Assembly: GCA_905479195.1 (NCBI GenBank) | Contig: CAJQLO010000001.1 | Span: 212,340 to 276,339, forward strand | DNA length: 64,000 bases | DNA from: an uncultured Gammaproteobacteria bacterium | Lineage (GTDB): Bacteria; Pseudomonadota; Gammaproteobacteria; GCA-002705445; GCA-002716945 | Direction of reading: 5' to 3' | Part shown: one piece after another, positions 42,870 through 54,695 of the stretch | Numbering within the stretch: position 1 is the first letter of the stretch | Layout: each line of letters starts with the position of its first letter | Made by a program: the position numbers and the translations under genes | The notes under the pieces: generated by a model | The model's input: only the letters and a program-made list of their open reading frames with translations | Told to the model about the DNA's origin: nothing | Database searches by the model: none

Positions 42870-44627
42870 TTATTTTAGAGATATACTTATATCGATACTT
42901 TTATAAACTTTAATAAAGTTTTCTGCATTTATGAAACCAACAATTCTTGCCTGCCTTATCTCTTCCCCATTATTGTTAAAAAATAATATTGCGGGCGGAC
43001 CAAATAATTTATAATCTTTCAAGAATTTTGAGTTATCATCATTTGTTTTTGTTATATCTAGTTTTATTAGGTTTAGGTCTTTTAACAAGTAAGCTACTTT
43101 TTTTTCACTGAAAGTATATTTGTCTAGTTCTTTACAAGCTACGCACCAGTCAGCATAAAGATCAACCATTGTAATTTTATTTGAATTTTTTACTTGTATA
43201 AATAATTCTCTCGTGTCAGTAATCTTTGTGAATAAAGTTGGTTGAGATTGTTCAATAAAACTAAATACAGGATTAAAATTTTTATTTACATTTATACCAT
43301 ACACTTGCAAGCCTGAATATATAAAAAATAGAGCTGATAAAAAATTTACTGTAAATTTTGAAAATGTTTTAAATACAACTATTTTTAATATCCCTACTGC
43401 GATAATAATTGATAATATTGCCCATAAATAAGCAGCAATTTCTGCTGATACAATTCTTTCAATTAACCAAATTGATACAATTAAAAATAATATTCCAAAA
43501 ACCTTATTTGCAATCTCTAAGTAAGGACCAATCTTTTTTGTTAATTCTGATGCAGATGTGCCTAGTATTAGAAGTGGTGCACCCATCCCCATCCCTAATG
43601 AAAATAATGCTGCTCCCCCAATTATGAAATCATTGGTCATTGATATATATATCAACGCTCCTATAAGTGGAGCAGTAACGCATGGACCTACAATTAATGC
43701 AGAAAGCGACCCCATAACTCCTACACCTATATAGGTACCAGAGCTATTAGTATTTGATTTTGATATAAGCAAGTTCTGAATAGATGCGGGCATTTGTATT
43801 CTTATTACATTAAACATAGATAGAGCTAGAATTATAAATAATAATGCAAAACCTGATAATACATATGGATTTTGTAGATCTGCCTGAATATTTGTTCCAG
43901 ATAAGGCAATTAAAATTCCAGCTGCCGCATATGTTAAAGACATTGATAAAACATAGGTAAGGGAAAGAAGGAAAGATTTTTTAGTTGAAATATTCTCTCC
44001 TTGTCCAACTATTAGCCCGGTCAAGATAGGAATCATTGGAAATACACATGGGGTAAATGCTAGAAGTAAGCCAGCTAAAAAAAACAAAGAAATATTTAAA
44101 ATAACTGATTGTTCAGATAATTTTTGGCTGAAAGAATATTGGTTTTCAGTCGAGCTGGTCTTTAATAAATACGAATTATTTTCAGCATATTGTTTAAGAG
44201 GAAATTTTTTAGTGACAGGTGGATAACACAACCCTGCATCTGCACATCCTTGGTATTTTAATATTAAATTTGAATGATTTGTTATTGTGTCAAAATATAT
44301 ATTTGCTTTAGTTGAATTATAATATACATCTACATCCCCAAAAAACTCATCCTTCTTTATTTTACCTTCAGGCATATCTACTTTGATAATTTTCATATCT
44401 GGGCTATCAACTGAAAACTCAAACATGCCAAGATAGAGATAATATCCCTCCTCAATATCCCAGGTAACTTCGAGATGATTATTTGTAATAATTTTTATTG
44501 AAGGCTGAAACGCATCATCCGGAGACAGAAACTCTGCTTGATTTTTAATGATATCAGCAGTTGTAAGGCCACTAAACAACAAAAGTGTCATAGTTAGAAA
44601 AATCTTTTTCATATTAAATATCTTCAT
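42870..44627 (-). CDS. dsbD: thiol:disulfide interchange protein DsbD
   Basis: 585 aa with a signal peptide, an N-terminal periplasmic domain, a TM core containing FTPCVFPMIP and GPCVTAP, and a C-terminal thioredoxin domain WCVACK. Confidence 0.9.
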   Translation of the reverse strand: MKIFNMKKIFLTMTLLLFSGLTTADIIKNQAEFLSPDDAFQPSIKIITNNHLEVTWDIEEGYYLYLGMFEFSVDSPDMKIIKVDMPEGKIKKDEFFGDVDVYYNSTKANIYFDTITNHSNLILKYQGCADAGLCYPPVTKKFPLKQYAENNSYLLKTSSTENQYSFSQKLSEQSVILNISLFFLAGLLLAFTPCVFPMIPILTGLIVGQGENISTKKSFLLSLTYVLSMSLTYAAAGILIALSGTNIQADLQNPYVLSGFALLFIILALSMFNVIRIQMPASIQNLLISKSNTNSSGTYIGVGVMGSLSALIVGPCVTAPLIGALIYISMTNDFIIGGAALFSLGMGMGAPLLILGTSASELTKKIGPYLEIANKVFGILFLIVSIWLIERIVSAEIAAYLWAILSIIIAVGILKIVVFKTFSKFTVNFLSALFFIYSGLQVYGINVNKNFNPVFSFIEQSQPTLFTKITDTRELFIQVKNSNKITMVDLYADWCVACKELDKYTFSEKKVAYLLKDLNLIKLDITKTNDDNSKFLKDYKLFGPPAILFFNNNGEEIRQARIVGFINAENFIKVYKSIDISISLK

Positions 44628-44714
44628 TGCTTCAATTATCTTAATAATTATATATATAGTATATTATCTGCTATAGAATTTTTGTCCATAAATGATAGTG
44701 TAAGAATTGATATT

Positions 44715-45131
44715 ATGAATTTAAAGAAAATTATCCCTATATTTCTATTACTTATCCCAGTAATTGAAATTATTTTATTTATTGAAATTGGGTCAATCAT
44801 AGGAAGTTTTAACACTATTTTAATAATATTTGGTACAGCCCTGGTTGGAATTTATATTATTAAATATAATGCTACTACATATATGTCTGAAATTCGTAGT
44901 AAGCTAATGAATGGCTTGAGGCCTGATCAAGAGATATTATCAGGAATTATTGTCTTTATATGTGGTGTGTTCTTATTGCTACCTGGCTTCCTAACGGATT
45001 TTATAGGCCTATTATTCCTTTATAAACCAATTAGGTTGCTTAGTATTAGGAGATACAACATACCTTCGGGGAGACGTACAAATAGCCCCAAAGGAAGAGT
45101 AATTGATGTTGATCATAATAAAGATGAGTAA
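44715..45131 (+). CDS. fxsA: FxsA family inner-membrane protein
   Basis: FxsA-like N-terminus and the LLLPGFLTDFIGLL motif. I prefer the ATG at 44715 to the track's TTG at 44682. Confidence 0.7.
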   Translation: MNLKKIIPIFLLLIPVIEIILFIEIGSIIGSFNTILIIFGTALVGIYIIKYNATTYMSEIRSKLMNGLRPDQEILSGIIVFICGVFLLLPGFLTDFIGLLFLYKPIRLLSIRRYNIPSGRRTNSPKGRVIDVDHNKDE

Positions 45132-45145
45132 TTCTATTAATTGCA

Positions 45146-45173
45146 CTTGAAATTTAGAGAAAGGTCGCTATAT
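45146..45173 (+). promoter_or_regulatory. candidate sigma-32 heat-shock promoter of groES-groEL
   Basis: CTTGAAA (45146-45152) exactly matches the sigma-32 -35 consensus. A 13-nt spacer separates it from CGCTATAT (45166-45173), which matches CCCCATNT at 5 of 7 specified positions. About 53 nt upstream of the groES ATG. Confidence 0.45.
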
Positions 45174-45225
45174 TAACTATCTGAGAGCAAAAACCGCTCA
45201 TTTGAACTATTAATGAGGATTACAT

Positions 45226-45513
45226 ATGAATATAAGACCATTACATGACCGCGTAATTATTAGAAGAATGGAAGAAGAAAAGACTTCACCTGGCGGCATC
45301 GTGATTCCTGACTCTGCAACTGAGAAACCAATTAAAGGCGAAGTTGTTGCAATAGGCAAAGGGAAGATACTTGAGAATGGTGATGTTAGACCATTAGATG
45401 TAAAAGTAGGCGATACAATTCTCTTTGGTAAATATTCTGGTACAGAAGTAAGTGTAGATGGGGAAGAATTACTTGTTATGAGAGAAGATGACATAACAGC
45501 AATCGTTGGTTAA
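45226..45513 (+). CDS. groES: co-chaperonin GroES
   Basis: 95 aa starting [22 protein letters not shown]. Confidence 0.97.
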   Translation: MNIRPLHDRVIIRRMEEEKTSPGGIVIPDSATEKPIKGEVVAIGKGKILENGDVRPLDVKVGDTILFGKYSGTEVSVDGEELLVMREDDITAIVG

Positions 45514-45521
45514 ATTAATAG

Positions 45522-47204
<1,683 letters not shown>

Positions 47205-47234
47205 TCCATATTTGTATTATTACAAATTTATTTC

Positions 47235-47267
47235 AAAGCCTCTTTCTATAGAGGCTTTGTTGTTTTT
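47235..47267 (+). terminator. Rho-independent terminator after groEL
   Basis: 9-bp perfect stem AAAGCCTCT (47235-47243) / AGAGGCTTT (47250-47258) with a 6-nt loop, followed by GTTGTTTTT. Confidence 0.7.
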
Positions 47268-47284
47268 GGTGTTAAGATATATTT

Positions 47285-48931
47285 ATGGAAAAGATTTGGC
47301 TTAAACATTATCCAAAAAATATACCGTCAACAATTGATAGTTTAAAATTCAACTCAATTATAGATTTGATGAAAAACTCATCTTCTCTTTTTCCAGACCA
47401 TACTGCTTTTACAAATTTGAATACTCGATTGAGCTATAAAAAAATAGATAGATATTCAGAAAAATTTGGAGCTTATCTTCAAAATCAATTATCCATTACC
47501 AAGAGATCTAAAGTTGCAATAATGTTGCCAAATCTCTTAACTTATCCAGTTGCATTATTTGGATCATATTTAGCTGGAGCTATAGTTATAAATATAAACC
47601 CATTATTTAAAGGTAGGGAGATAGAAAGTTCATTAAATGATTCTGGGGCAGAAACAATAATTGTTCTAGATAGGTTCATGTCTGAGCTAGAACCTGTCGT
47701 AAAAAATACATTAATTAAAAATATTATTATTTGCCGGATAACAGATCTACTTTCTCCTATCATGTCAGCACTTGTTAAGACAGTATTTTTTTTCAAAGGA
47801 CCAAAGATTTCCCTCAACAGTAATTATTTATTATTTTCTAATATATTAAAGAATTCATATCTTAGAAAGAATATAGTTTTAGAAAATAAGGATATTGCAC
47901 TATTGCAATATACTGGTGGCACCACAGGAAAGTCTAAAGCTGCAGTCCTTACTCATGGAAATATACTGGCTAATATTGAGCAGTTAAATGCATGGGTTGG
48001 CCCTATAGTCGTTCCTGGGAAAGAGAGTATTATAACAGCATTACCGCTTTATCATATTTTTTCATTTACCGTTAACTTAATGTATTTTTATAGCATTGGT
48101 TCGAATAATATATTGGTAACAAACCCAAGAGACTTAAAGAGTTTTGTAAATACATTAAAGAAAAATAAGTTTACTGTTATCACTGGAGTTAATACATTGT
48201 TTAATTTATTGCTAACGAGTTCTTCATTTAAAAAAATTAATTTTAGTGCTTTAAAGTTTACTGTTGGAGGAGGAATGTCTGTATTAAGTAGTACTGCTAA
48301 GAAGTGGAAAAAAATAACTGGAGTTGATATTACTCAAGGTTATGGTTTAACTGAAACTGCTCCGATTGTATCAGTTAACATTATATCTGAACCATTTAAT
48401 GGTACGATTGGGCCACCTATGCCATCAACAGATATTTCAATAAGGGATGAAAAAAATAATGAACTTAACATTAATCAAGAAGGAGAACTTTGTGTAAAAG
48501 GTCCACAGGTTATGTCTGAATACTGGAATAACCCAGAAGAAACTAAAAATTCTTTTACAGATGACGGATTTTTTAAAACAGGAGATATTGCAATTATTAA
48601 TGAAAATGGTTCTTTGAAAATTGTTGATAGAAAAAAAGATATGATTATTTCTTCTGGATTTAATGTTTATCCAAATGAAATTGAAGATTATGTATCGCAA
48701 CATCCAGATGTCAGAGAATGCGGAGTAATTGGAGTTAATGATTCTAATAGAGGAGAGAGTATAAAATTATTTATTGTCAAAGAGGAAAAAAAATTAGGAG
48801 AAATTGAAGTAATTAATTTTTGCAAAAAAGGTTTAGCAGTTTATAAGATACCAAAGAAGGTTATATTTATAGATGAAATTCCTAAAAATAATGTAGGAAA
48901 GATTCTTAGAAGAAAGTTAAGAGAGTTTTGA
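47285..48931 (+). CDS. fadD: long-chain fatty acid-CoA ligase
   Basis: 548 aa with the AMP-binding motifs YTGGTTGKSKAA and GYGLTET. N-terminus MEKIWLKHYP resembles FadD. Confidence 0.85.
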   Translation: MEKIWLKHYPKNIPSTIDSLKFNSIIDLMKNSSSLFPDHTAFTNLNTRLSYKKIDRYSEKFGAYLQNQLSITKRSKVAIMLPNLLTYPVALFGSYLAGAIVININPLFKGREIESSLNDSGAETIIVLDRFMSELEPVVKNTLIKNIIICRITDLLSPIMSALVKTVFFFKGPKISLNSNYLLFSNILKNSYLRKNIVLENKDIALLQYTGGTTGKSKAAVLTHGNILANIEQLNAWVGPIVVPGKESIITALPLYHIFSFTVNLMYFYSIGSNNILVTNPRDLKSFVNTLKKNKFTVITGVNTLFNLLLTSSSFKKINFSALKFTVGGGMSVLSSTAKKWKKITGVDITQGYGLTETAPIVSVNIISEPFNGTIGPPMPSTDISIRDEKNNELNINQEGELCVKGPQVMSEYWNNPEETKNSFTDDGFFKTGDIAIINENGSLKIVDRKKDMIISSGFNVYPNEIEDYVSQHPDVRECGVIGVNDSNRGESIKLFIVKEEKKLGEIEVINFCKKGLAVYKIPKKVIFIDEIPKNNVGKILRRKLREF

Positions 48932-49978
48932 TTATTTATTGAATAATATTAAATGGTCCATTTCAGATTTTATTCCGATTACTTCATTAAGGCTATGATC
49001 ATGATGACTTGGCGTATAACAAAATATATTTTCACCACTATTAAGCTTTAATTTATATAAGAAATCTGAACCATGAAAAATTTTTTCTATCACCCGTGCT
49101 GATTTAGCAGAATCATCGTCATGAATGATATCATCAGGCCTAATTAAAATATCTATACTAGAGCCAATTTCATATGATATTGTATCACCAAAATGTTTAC
49201 CAAGACTCGTCTCCACATGATTTTTGTCAATTATTTCTCCATTAATAAAACTCCCAATACCACAAAAATTTGCTATCTCTTTTGTTAAGGGTTTGTGATA
49301 AATATTATAAGCACTATCAAATTGTATAATTTTTTTATTATTTAAAAATGCAATCTTATCAGATATTTGAAATGCTTCTTTAATATTATGAGTGATTACG
49401 ATTGTGGTTATTTTCTCTTCTTTAAGTAATATTTTTACATCTGCTAAAAGCTTTTCTTTTAAATTTTCATCTAATGCGCTAAATGGTTCATCTAATAAGA
49501 GAATCTCTGGTTGTGGGGCAAGAGCTCTAGCTATAGCAACTCTCTGTTGTTGACCCCCAGATATCTCATGAGGATATTTTTTAGATATTTCTATAATATC
49601 TAGAACCTTTTCTAATCTATCTAAACGCTCTGTTTTTTCTTTAGAGGATAATTCAGATATACCAAAGGTTATATTTTCTGCACAACTTAAGTGGGGAAAT
49701 AGAGCAAGGTCTTGAAAAATTATACCTATATTTCTTTCTTGAGGCTCAATAATTGTAGATGTATCGTCAACTGTTTGGCCATTTAATTTTACTTTTCCTG
49801 AAGATATATTTTCAAATCCAGCAATTACTCTTAACAAAGAACTTTTTCCAGATGCACTGGGACCTATTATGGATATAATTTCTTCTTCTTTTACGGTTAA
49901 AGAGAGGTTGTCTAAAATTCTATCATTATCTAAATTTAGTGAAATATTTTCAATTTCTAATTTCATTTTGATTTCCAT
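48932..49978 (-). CDS. fbpC: ABC transporter ATPase, Fe(III)/polyamine (FbpC) type
   Basis: 348 aa with Walker A GPSASGKSS, signature ISGGQQQRVAIARAL, and a C-terminal regulatory (TOBE-like) domain. Its stop abuts the fadD stop. Confidence 0.85.
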   Translation of the reverse strand: MEIKMKLEIENISLNLDNDRILDNLSLTVKEEEIISIIGPSASGKSSLLRVIAGFENISSGKVKLNGQTVDDTSTIIEPQERNIGIIFQDLALFPHLSCAENITFGISELSSKEKTERLDRLEKVLDIIEISKKYPHEISGGQQQRVAIARALAPQPEILLLDEPFSALDENLKEKLLADVKILLKEEKITTIVITHNIKEAFQISDKIAFLNNKKIIQFDSAYNIYHKPLTKEIANFCGIGSFINGEIIDKNHVETSLGKHFGDTISYEIGSSIDILIRPDDIIHDDDSAKSARVIEKIFHGSDFLYKLKLNSGENIFCYTPSHHDHSLNEVIGIKSEMDHLILFNK

Positions 49979-51587
49979 TATTAACTGTTTTCTTAATTAA
50001 TATTATAACAGGAATCAAACCAATAATAATTAGCATTAATGCTGGCGAGGCTATAAGTGACAATTGTTCTGATGATGCCAACTCATAAATATGTATTGCC
50101 AAGGTATCAAAATTAAATGGTCGCAATATTAATGTTGCTGGTAACTCTTTTACAATATCTACAAAGACTAATATGAAAGAAGTAATTACAGTTGTTTTCA
50201 TCATTGGTATATGGATATCTTTTAGTATCTTAAAACTAGAAAAACCAAAAGACTTTGCGGTTAAATCTATATTATTTTTTATTTTACTCAAACCTGACTC
50301 TGTAGCATTAAAAGATATTGTAGAGAATCTGACTAAATATGCAATTATAAGCGCTACAAAAGATCCACTAAGGTAAAATATGGGTGACCCAAATATTGAT
50401 GCTTGAAAATTATCTATCAAAGTAATTGGTATAATAATTCCAACTGCAATTACCACACCTGGTATTGAGTAGCCGATAGAAAAAATTTTTAGCGAGAATT
50501 TAGTATATAAACTATTTGTTGATCTATTCACATATGATGCATATATTGAGATTAAGACTATTATGACTGAAGAAAGAGCTGCTATTGTCACAGTATTCAT
50601 TATAATTTTTAAAAATTCATCTTTAAACAAATACGAGTAAGTTTCCATCAGCCACAAAAATAATTGAATAATTGGAATAATAAATCCAAGCAAAGAAATT
50701 AATGAGCACCATAAAAATGCATAAATACTTTTTTTAATAGACATATTAATTGGTTTTACTGATTTTGATTTTTGAGATGTATGAGCATACTTGCTTCGAC
50801 CTCTTGAATATTTTTCTAATGTTATAAGTATAAAAACGAAAGTAAGTAGAATAGAGGCTAAATGTAAGGCGCTAGTATCATCCCCAAATGCAAACCATGT
50901 CCTATATATGCCAGTAGTAAATGTACTAATCCCATAATAATCCATAGTCCCAAACTCAGCTAATGTCTCCATCATTACAAGACTTAATCCCGCGATTATA
51001 CCTGGTCTAGCAAGGGGCATACTGATTTTACTGAATAATTCTTTTTTATTTAAACCTAGTGATTTACCAACTTCTATCGCACAACCTGATTGTTCTTTAA
51101 ACGATGAGTATGTTAATAAGTATATATAAGGATATAAGCATATACTCAATATAAATATTACTCCATAGATATTTCTTAGATCAACTAGGTTGTATAATTC
51201 TTTTCCTAGACCAAATGTATTCTCAATAGAGTCAAACAAAAATCCTGAGGGCTCCACTAATCCTGCATATATATATGCTGCTACATATGTTGGTATTGCT
51301 ATCGGCATAACTAATAACCACTTAAATATATCTTTGCCTGGAAATTTATACATGGTAACCAGCCATGCGCAAGATACTCCAAGAATGGTAGAAATTATCC
51401 CAACAAAGATTAGTATTATGAAAGTATTAAAAAGATACTCAACTAGAAGATTATTGGCTAAATGCCCCCATAGTTCAGTTGATGGAGAAAATATATACGA
51501 GATTACAGTTATAATTGGAATTATTACTATTGAGATTATAAAGAATAAAAAAATTTGATCTTTATAATTTAATAGTTTTGAGAGCAT
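49950..51587 (-). CDS. fbpB: Fe(III) ABC transporter permease (duplicated permease domains)
   Basis: 545-aa polytopic protein with two tandem MalFG-type permease halves, as in FbpB/HitB. Overlaps fbpC by 29 nt. Confidence 0.85.
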   Translation of the reverse strand: MLSKLLNYKDQIFLFFIISIVIIPIITVISYIFSPSTELWGHLANNLLVEYLFNTFIILIFVGIISTILGVSCAWLVTMYKFPGKDIFKWLLVMPIAIPTYVAAYIYAGLVEPSGFLFDSIENTFGLGKELYNLVDLRNIYGVIFILSICLYPYIYLLTYSSFKEQSGCAIEVGKSLGLNKKELFSKISMPLARPGIIAGLSLVMMETLAEFGTMDYYGISTFTTGIYRTWFAFGDDTSALHLASILLTFVFILITLEKYSRGRSKYAHTSQKSKSVKPINMSIKKSIYAFLWCSLISLLGFIIPIIQLFLWLMETYSYLFKDEFLKIIMNTVTIAALSSVIIVLISIYASYVNRSTNSLYTKFSLKIFSIGYSIPGVVIAVGIIIPITLIDNFQASIFGSPIFYLSGSFVALIIAYLVRFSTISFNATESGLSKIKNNIDLTAKSFGFSSFKILKDIHIPMMKTTVITSFILVFVDIVKELPATLILRPFNFDTLAIHIYELASSEQLSLIASPALMLIIIGLIPVIILIKKTVNNGNQNEIRN

Positions 51588-51591
51588 AAAG

Positions 51592-52680
51592 TTACTGCCA
51601 ATTTACCTTGTCAAATATCTTGACAGCTTTATTATTATTCTTACCTAGTTGGTTTGCAGACAAACGATCTTGCTTAAAAGGATATCCCCAAGACTTTACA
51701 ATATCACTAACATCAATGTTTTCCCTAATTGGATACTCATGATTAGTTTTAGCATATAACTCTTGAGCTTTGTCACTAGCAAGATATTCAATTAGTTTAA
51801 TAGCATTACCAGTATTCTTTGAATGTTTGACAACTGCAGCACCACTTATATTTATATGCGCTCCTCTATCATTTTGATTAGGAAAATAGACAGCAATTTG
51901 TTTGGCATATTTTCTTTCTGCTTCTTTTTTTGAAGACATCCATTTACCAAGATAGTAAGTGTTAGCTAACGTTATATCACATTGCCCAAGGACAACAGAT
52001 GTCATTTGCGTCCTATCATTACCTTTGGGTTTCCTTGAAAAATTCTTCACAATATTTTTAGCCCATTCTTCAGATTTTTTTTCACCCAAATGATAAATTA
52101 GAGATGCAAGCAAAGATTGATTATAGATATTTCCAGATGACCTAACACATATACGTCCTTCCCATTTTTTATTTGCCATATCTTCATAAGTTGAAAGATC
52201 ACTAAGTTTCACTGTATTTGGATTATACATAATAACTCTGGACCGAACTGATAAGCCATACCAGTAACCATCCTCGTCTCTCAGATAAGAGGGAACTAGC
52301 TTATTTATCTTTTCTGAATATATTTTTTTTAATAAATCCTTAGATTTAGCTATATGCAAATTACCAGCATCAACAGTAAGAAATACATCTGCTCTTGTAT
52401 TCAATCCTTCTCTCTCTATTCTATTTTGTAATTCTTTTGATTTACCAGATATTATATTTACAGTTATACCTGTGTCTTTCTTAAAAGCTTGGAACAATGG
52501 CTTCATTAGATATGCCTTCCTGGCGCTATAAATATTTACTTCCTCAGATTCATTGATTTTATGAGATCCATGAGATCCTGCCGATACATGATGATAGTGA
52601 CCAATAAACATTATTAGAGAGAGTAAGAAAATATTCTGTATTATTTTGTTCATATGTACAGTTCCCAGAGTTATCGACAT
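51592..52680 (-). CDS. fbpA: periplasmic Fe(III)-binding protein
   Basis: 362 aa, FbpA/AfuA-like. The more probable start is the ATG at 52653 (MNKIIQNIFLLSLIMFIG... signal peptide). The mature N-terminus is His-rich (HYHHVSAGSHGSH). Confidence 0.85.
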   Translation of the reverse strand: MSITLGTVHMNKIIQNIFLLSLIMFIGHYHHVSAGSHGSHKINESEEVNIYSARKAYLMKPLFQAFKKDTGITVNIISGKSKELQNRIEREGLNTRADVFLTVDAGNLHIAKSKDLLKKIYSEKINKLVPSYLRDEDGYWYGLSVRSRVIMYNPNTVKLSDLSTYEDMANKKWEGRICVRSSGNIYNQSLLASLIYHLGEKKSEEWAKNIVKNFSRKPKGNDRTQMTSVVLGQCDITLANTYYLGKWMSSKKEAERKYAKQIAVYFPNQNDRGAHINISGAAVVKHSKNTGNAIKLIEYLASDKAQELYAKTNHEYPIRENIDVSDIVKSWGYPFKQDRLSANQLGKNNNKAVKIFDKVNWQ

Positions 52681-52698
52681 GTATTCACTTTTTATAAA

Positions 52699-52717
52699 CG
52701 CGAATGATTCTCATTAT
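52699..52717 (-). promoter_or_regulatory. candidate Fur box overlapping a TATAAT -10 element upstream of fbpA
   Basis: GCGAATGATTCTCATTATA matches the 19-bp Fur consensus GATAATGATAATCATTATC at 14 of 19 positions (my alignment). On the fbpA strand a TATAAT hexamer (52712-52717) lies inside it. Confidence 0.45.
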
Positions 52718-52838
52718 ATACCTACTAAATTAACATTTAAAGCTATTAGAGTTAAGAATCAAACAAAAAATACATGTATTTTAGTTACTTAAGTCATGCT
52801 ATGATTTTCAGTTAATTTATAATGAAAAGTGATAACTC

Positions 52839-53768
52839 ATGATAATGTCTGACCTGGAAGGCCAAATATGGATGGACGGATCTTTCCGTGATTGGAAAGA
52901 TGCAAAAATTCATGTTCTTACTAATACTTTGCATTATGGGACCGGTGTATTTGAAGGTGTTAGAGCCTATGAGACTAAATCAGGACCAGCAATATTCAGA
53001 CTGGAAGATCACACCGACAGACTATTTAATTCAGCTAATCTAGTTGGAATGAAGATTCCTTTTGATAAAGAAACGCTTATGCGTGCACAATGCGATGCTG
53101 TCAGTAAAAATAATTTGAATAATGCCTATATCAGACCGCTATGTTTTTATGGTAGCGAAGGAATGGGGCTTAGAGCAGATAACTTAAAAGTACACTGTGC
53201 TATAGCAGCATGGGATTGGGGTCCTTATCTTGGTGCTGAAAAAATTATTAATGGCATTAGGGTAAAGGTTTCTCCATTCCCTAAAAGACATCCAGAGGCA
53301 ATGTTATACAAGGCAAAGGCAACTGGGAATTATATAAATTCAAGTTTAGCATTAAGAGATGCTTTGGCATCAGGGTATGATGAAGCTCTTATCCTAGGAA
53401 CAGATGACTCTGTAAATGAAGGTTCGGGCGAAAACATTTTCTTAATTAAGGATAATAAATTAATCACACCAGAATTACTTACTGTCCTGGATGGAATAAC
53501 TAGAAAAACGATTATTACGCTAGCTAATGATTTAGGAATAGAAACCATAGAGAGAAAAATTAAATTAGAAGAAGTTTTTAACTGTGATGAAGCTTTTTTT
53601 ACTGGTACTGCTGCAGAAGTAACGCCTATAATAGAGATAGATAAAACAAAAATTAACAACGGAATACCTGGCCCTATAACTAAGATGCTTCAAGAAAATT
53701 ATTTCAGCCTTATTAAAGGGACTTATGATAAACATAATGAGTGGTTAACCGTTATCTTAGATAAGTAA
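52839..53768 (+). CDS. ilvE: branched-chain amino acid aminotransferase
   Basis: 309 aa, colinear with E. coli IlvE (IWMDGSFRDWKDAKIHVLTNTLHYGTGVFEGVRAY). Confidence 0.93.
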   Translation: MIMSDLEGQIWMDGSFRDWKDAKIHVLTNTLHYGTGVFEGVRAYETKSGPAIFRLEDHTDRLFNSANLVGMKIPFDKETLMRAQCDAVSKNNLNNAYIRPLCFYGSEGMGLRADNLKVHCAIAAWDWGPYLGAEKIINGIRVKVSPFPKRHPEAMLYKAKATGNYINSSLALRDALASGYDEALILGTDDSVNEGSGENIFLIKDNKLITPELLTVLDGITRKTIITLANDLGIETIERKIKLEEVFNCDEAFFTGTAAEVTPIIEIDKTKINNGIPGPITKMLQENYFSLIKGTYDKHNEWLTVILDK

Positions 53769-54695
53769 ATGATCCCAAAAAAGAAAATACTAGTTATTGG
53801 AGACATTATGCTAGACAGATATTGGATGGGGCAGGTTAATAGAATATCACCTGAAGCCCCCGTTCCTATTTTAGATGTTTCATCATCAATAGATAAGCCT
53901 GGTGGAGCAGCTAATGTTGCAAAAAACTTATCTGACTTTGGTATGGATGTTACTTTAGTAGGTTTGACAGGTCAAGATGAGGCCTCTGTAAAATTATATG
54001 AAATTATCTCATCATCAACAATTAATTATAAGCCCATAGAAGACTCAAAGATAAGAACTACAATTAAATTAAGAGTTATTGATAAAAATCAACAGATTAT
54101 GAGAATTGATCATGAAGATAAAAATTTATCAAAGAAAGTTATAGATAACCTTAAGCTTATAGAAGCAGGCCTAAGTGATTATGATGGTATTGTTATTTCT
54201 GATTATGACAAAGGAATGGTTAAGCCAATTATCAAGAAAGTTTTATCCAAGGCTTTTAAGCTCGGAATTAAAACTTTTGTCGACCCTAAAGGATTAGACT
54301 TTAGTTTTTATAAAAAGGCATTTTTACTAAAACCTAATCTAAGTGAGTTTGAGGCGGTGGCTGGAATATCTAAAAATATAGAAGAATTTAAAGATAAAGG
54401 TGAAAAACTTAGAAAAAAACTTTCTTTACAATATTTGCTTATAACGGAAGGCAAGAAAGGCATGACATTGTTTGAATCAAAAAAATCTATATCATATTCT
54501 GCATCTCAACAAGATGTGTTTGATGTCACGGGAGCCGGGGATACGGTTATATCAATACTATCTTCTTATATTATTGCAGGACGTAATATTGCTTCAGCAG
54601 TAAAAATGTCTAATATAGCTGCTGGTCTATCTGTACAAAAACTTGGCTCAACAAGTGTAAGTCAAAATGAATTAGCTAATGAATCTAAAAAATAA
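53769..54695 (+). CDS. hldA: D-glycero-beta-D-manno-heptose-7-phosphate kinase (HldE domain I as a separate ORF)
   Basis: 308-aa ribokinase/PfkB fold starting KILVIGDIMLDRYWMG, with DVTGAGDTV. Confidence 0.88.
   Translation: MIPKKKILVIGDIMLDRYWMGQVNRISPEAPVPILDVSSSIDKPGGAANVAKNLSDFGMDVTLVGLTGQDEASVKLYEIISSSTINYKPIEDSKIRTTIKLRVIDKNQQIMRIDHEDKNLSKKVIDNLKLIEAGLSDYDGIVISDYDKGMVKPIIKKVLSKAFKLGIKTFVDPKGLDFSFYKKAFLLKPNLSEFEAVAGISKNIEEFKDKGEKLRKKLSLQYLLITEGKKGMTLFESKKSISYSASQQDVFDVTGAGDTVISILSSYIIAGRNIASAVKMSNIAAGLSVQKLGSTSVSQNELANESKK

Noticed and set aside
45210-45494. 94-aa ORF antisense to groES
   Set aside because: Same reasoning: it shadows a near-perfect GroES ORF and has no RBS or recognisable features.
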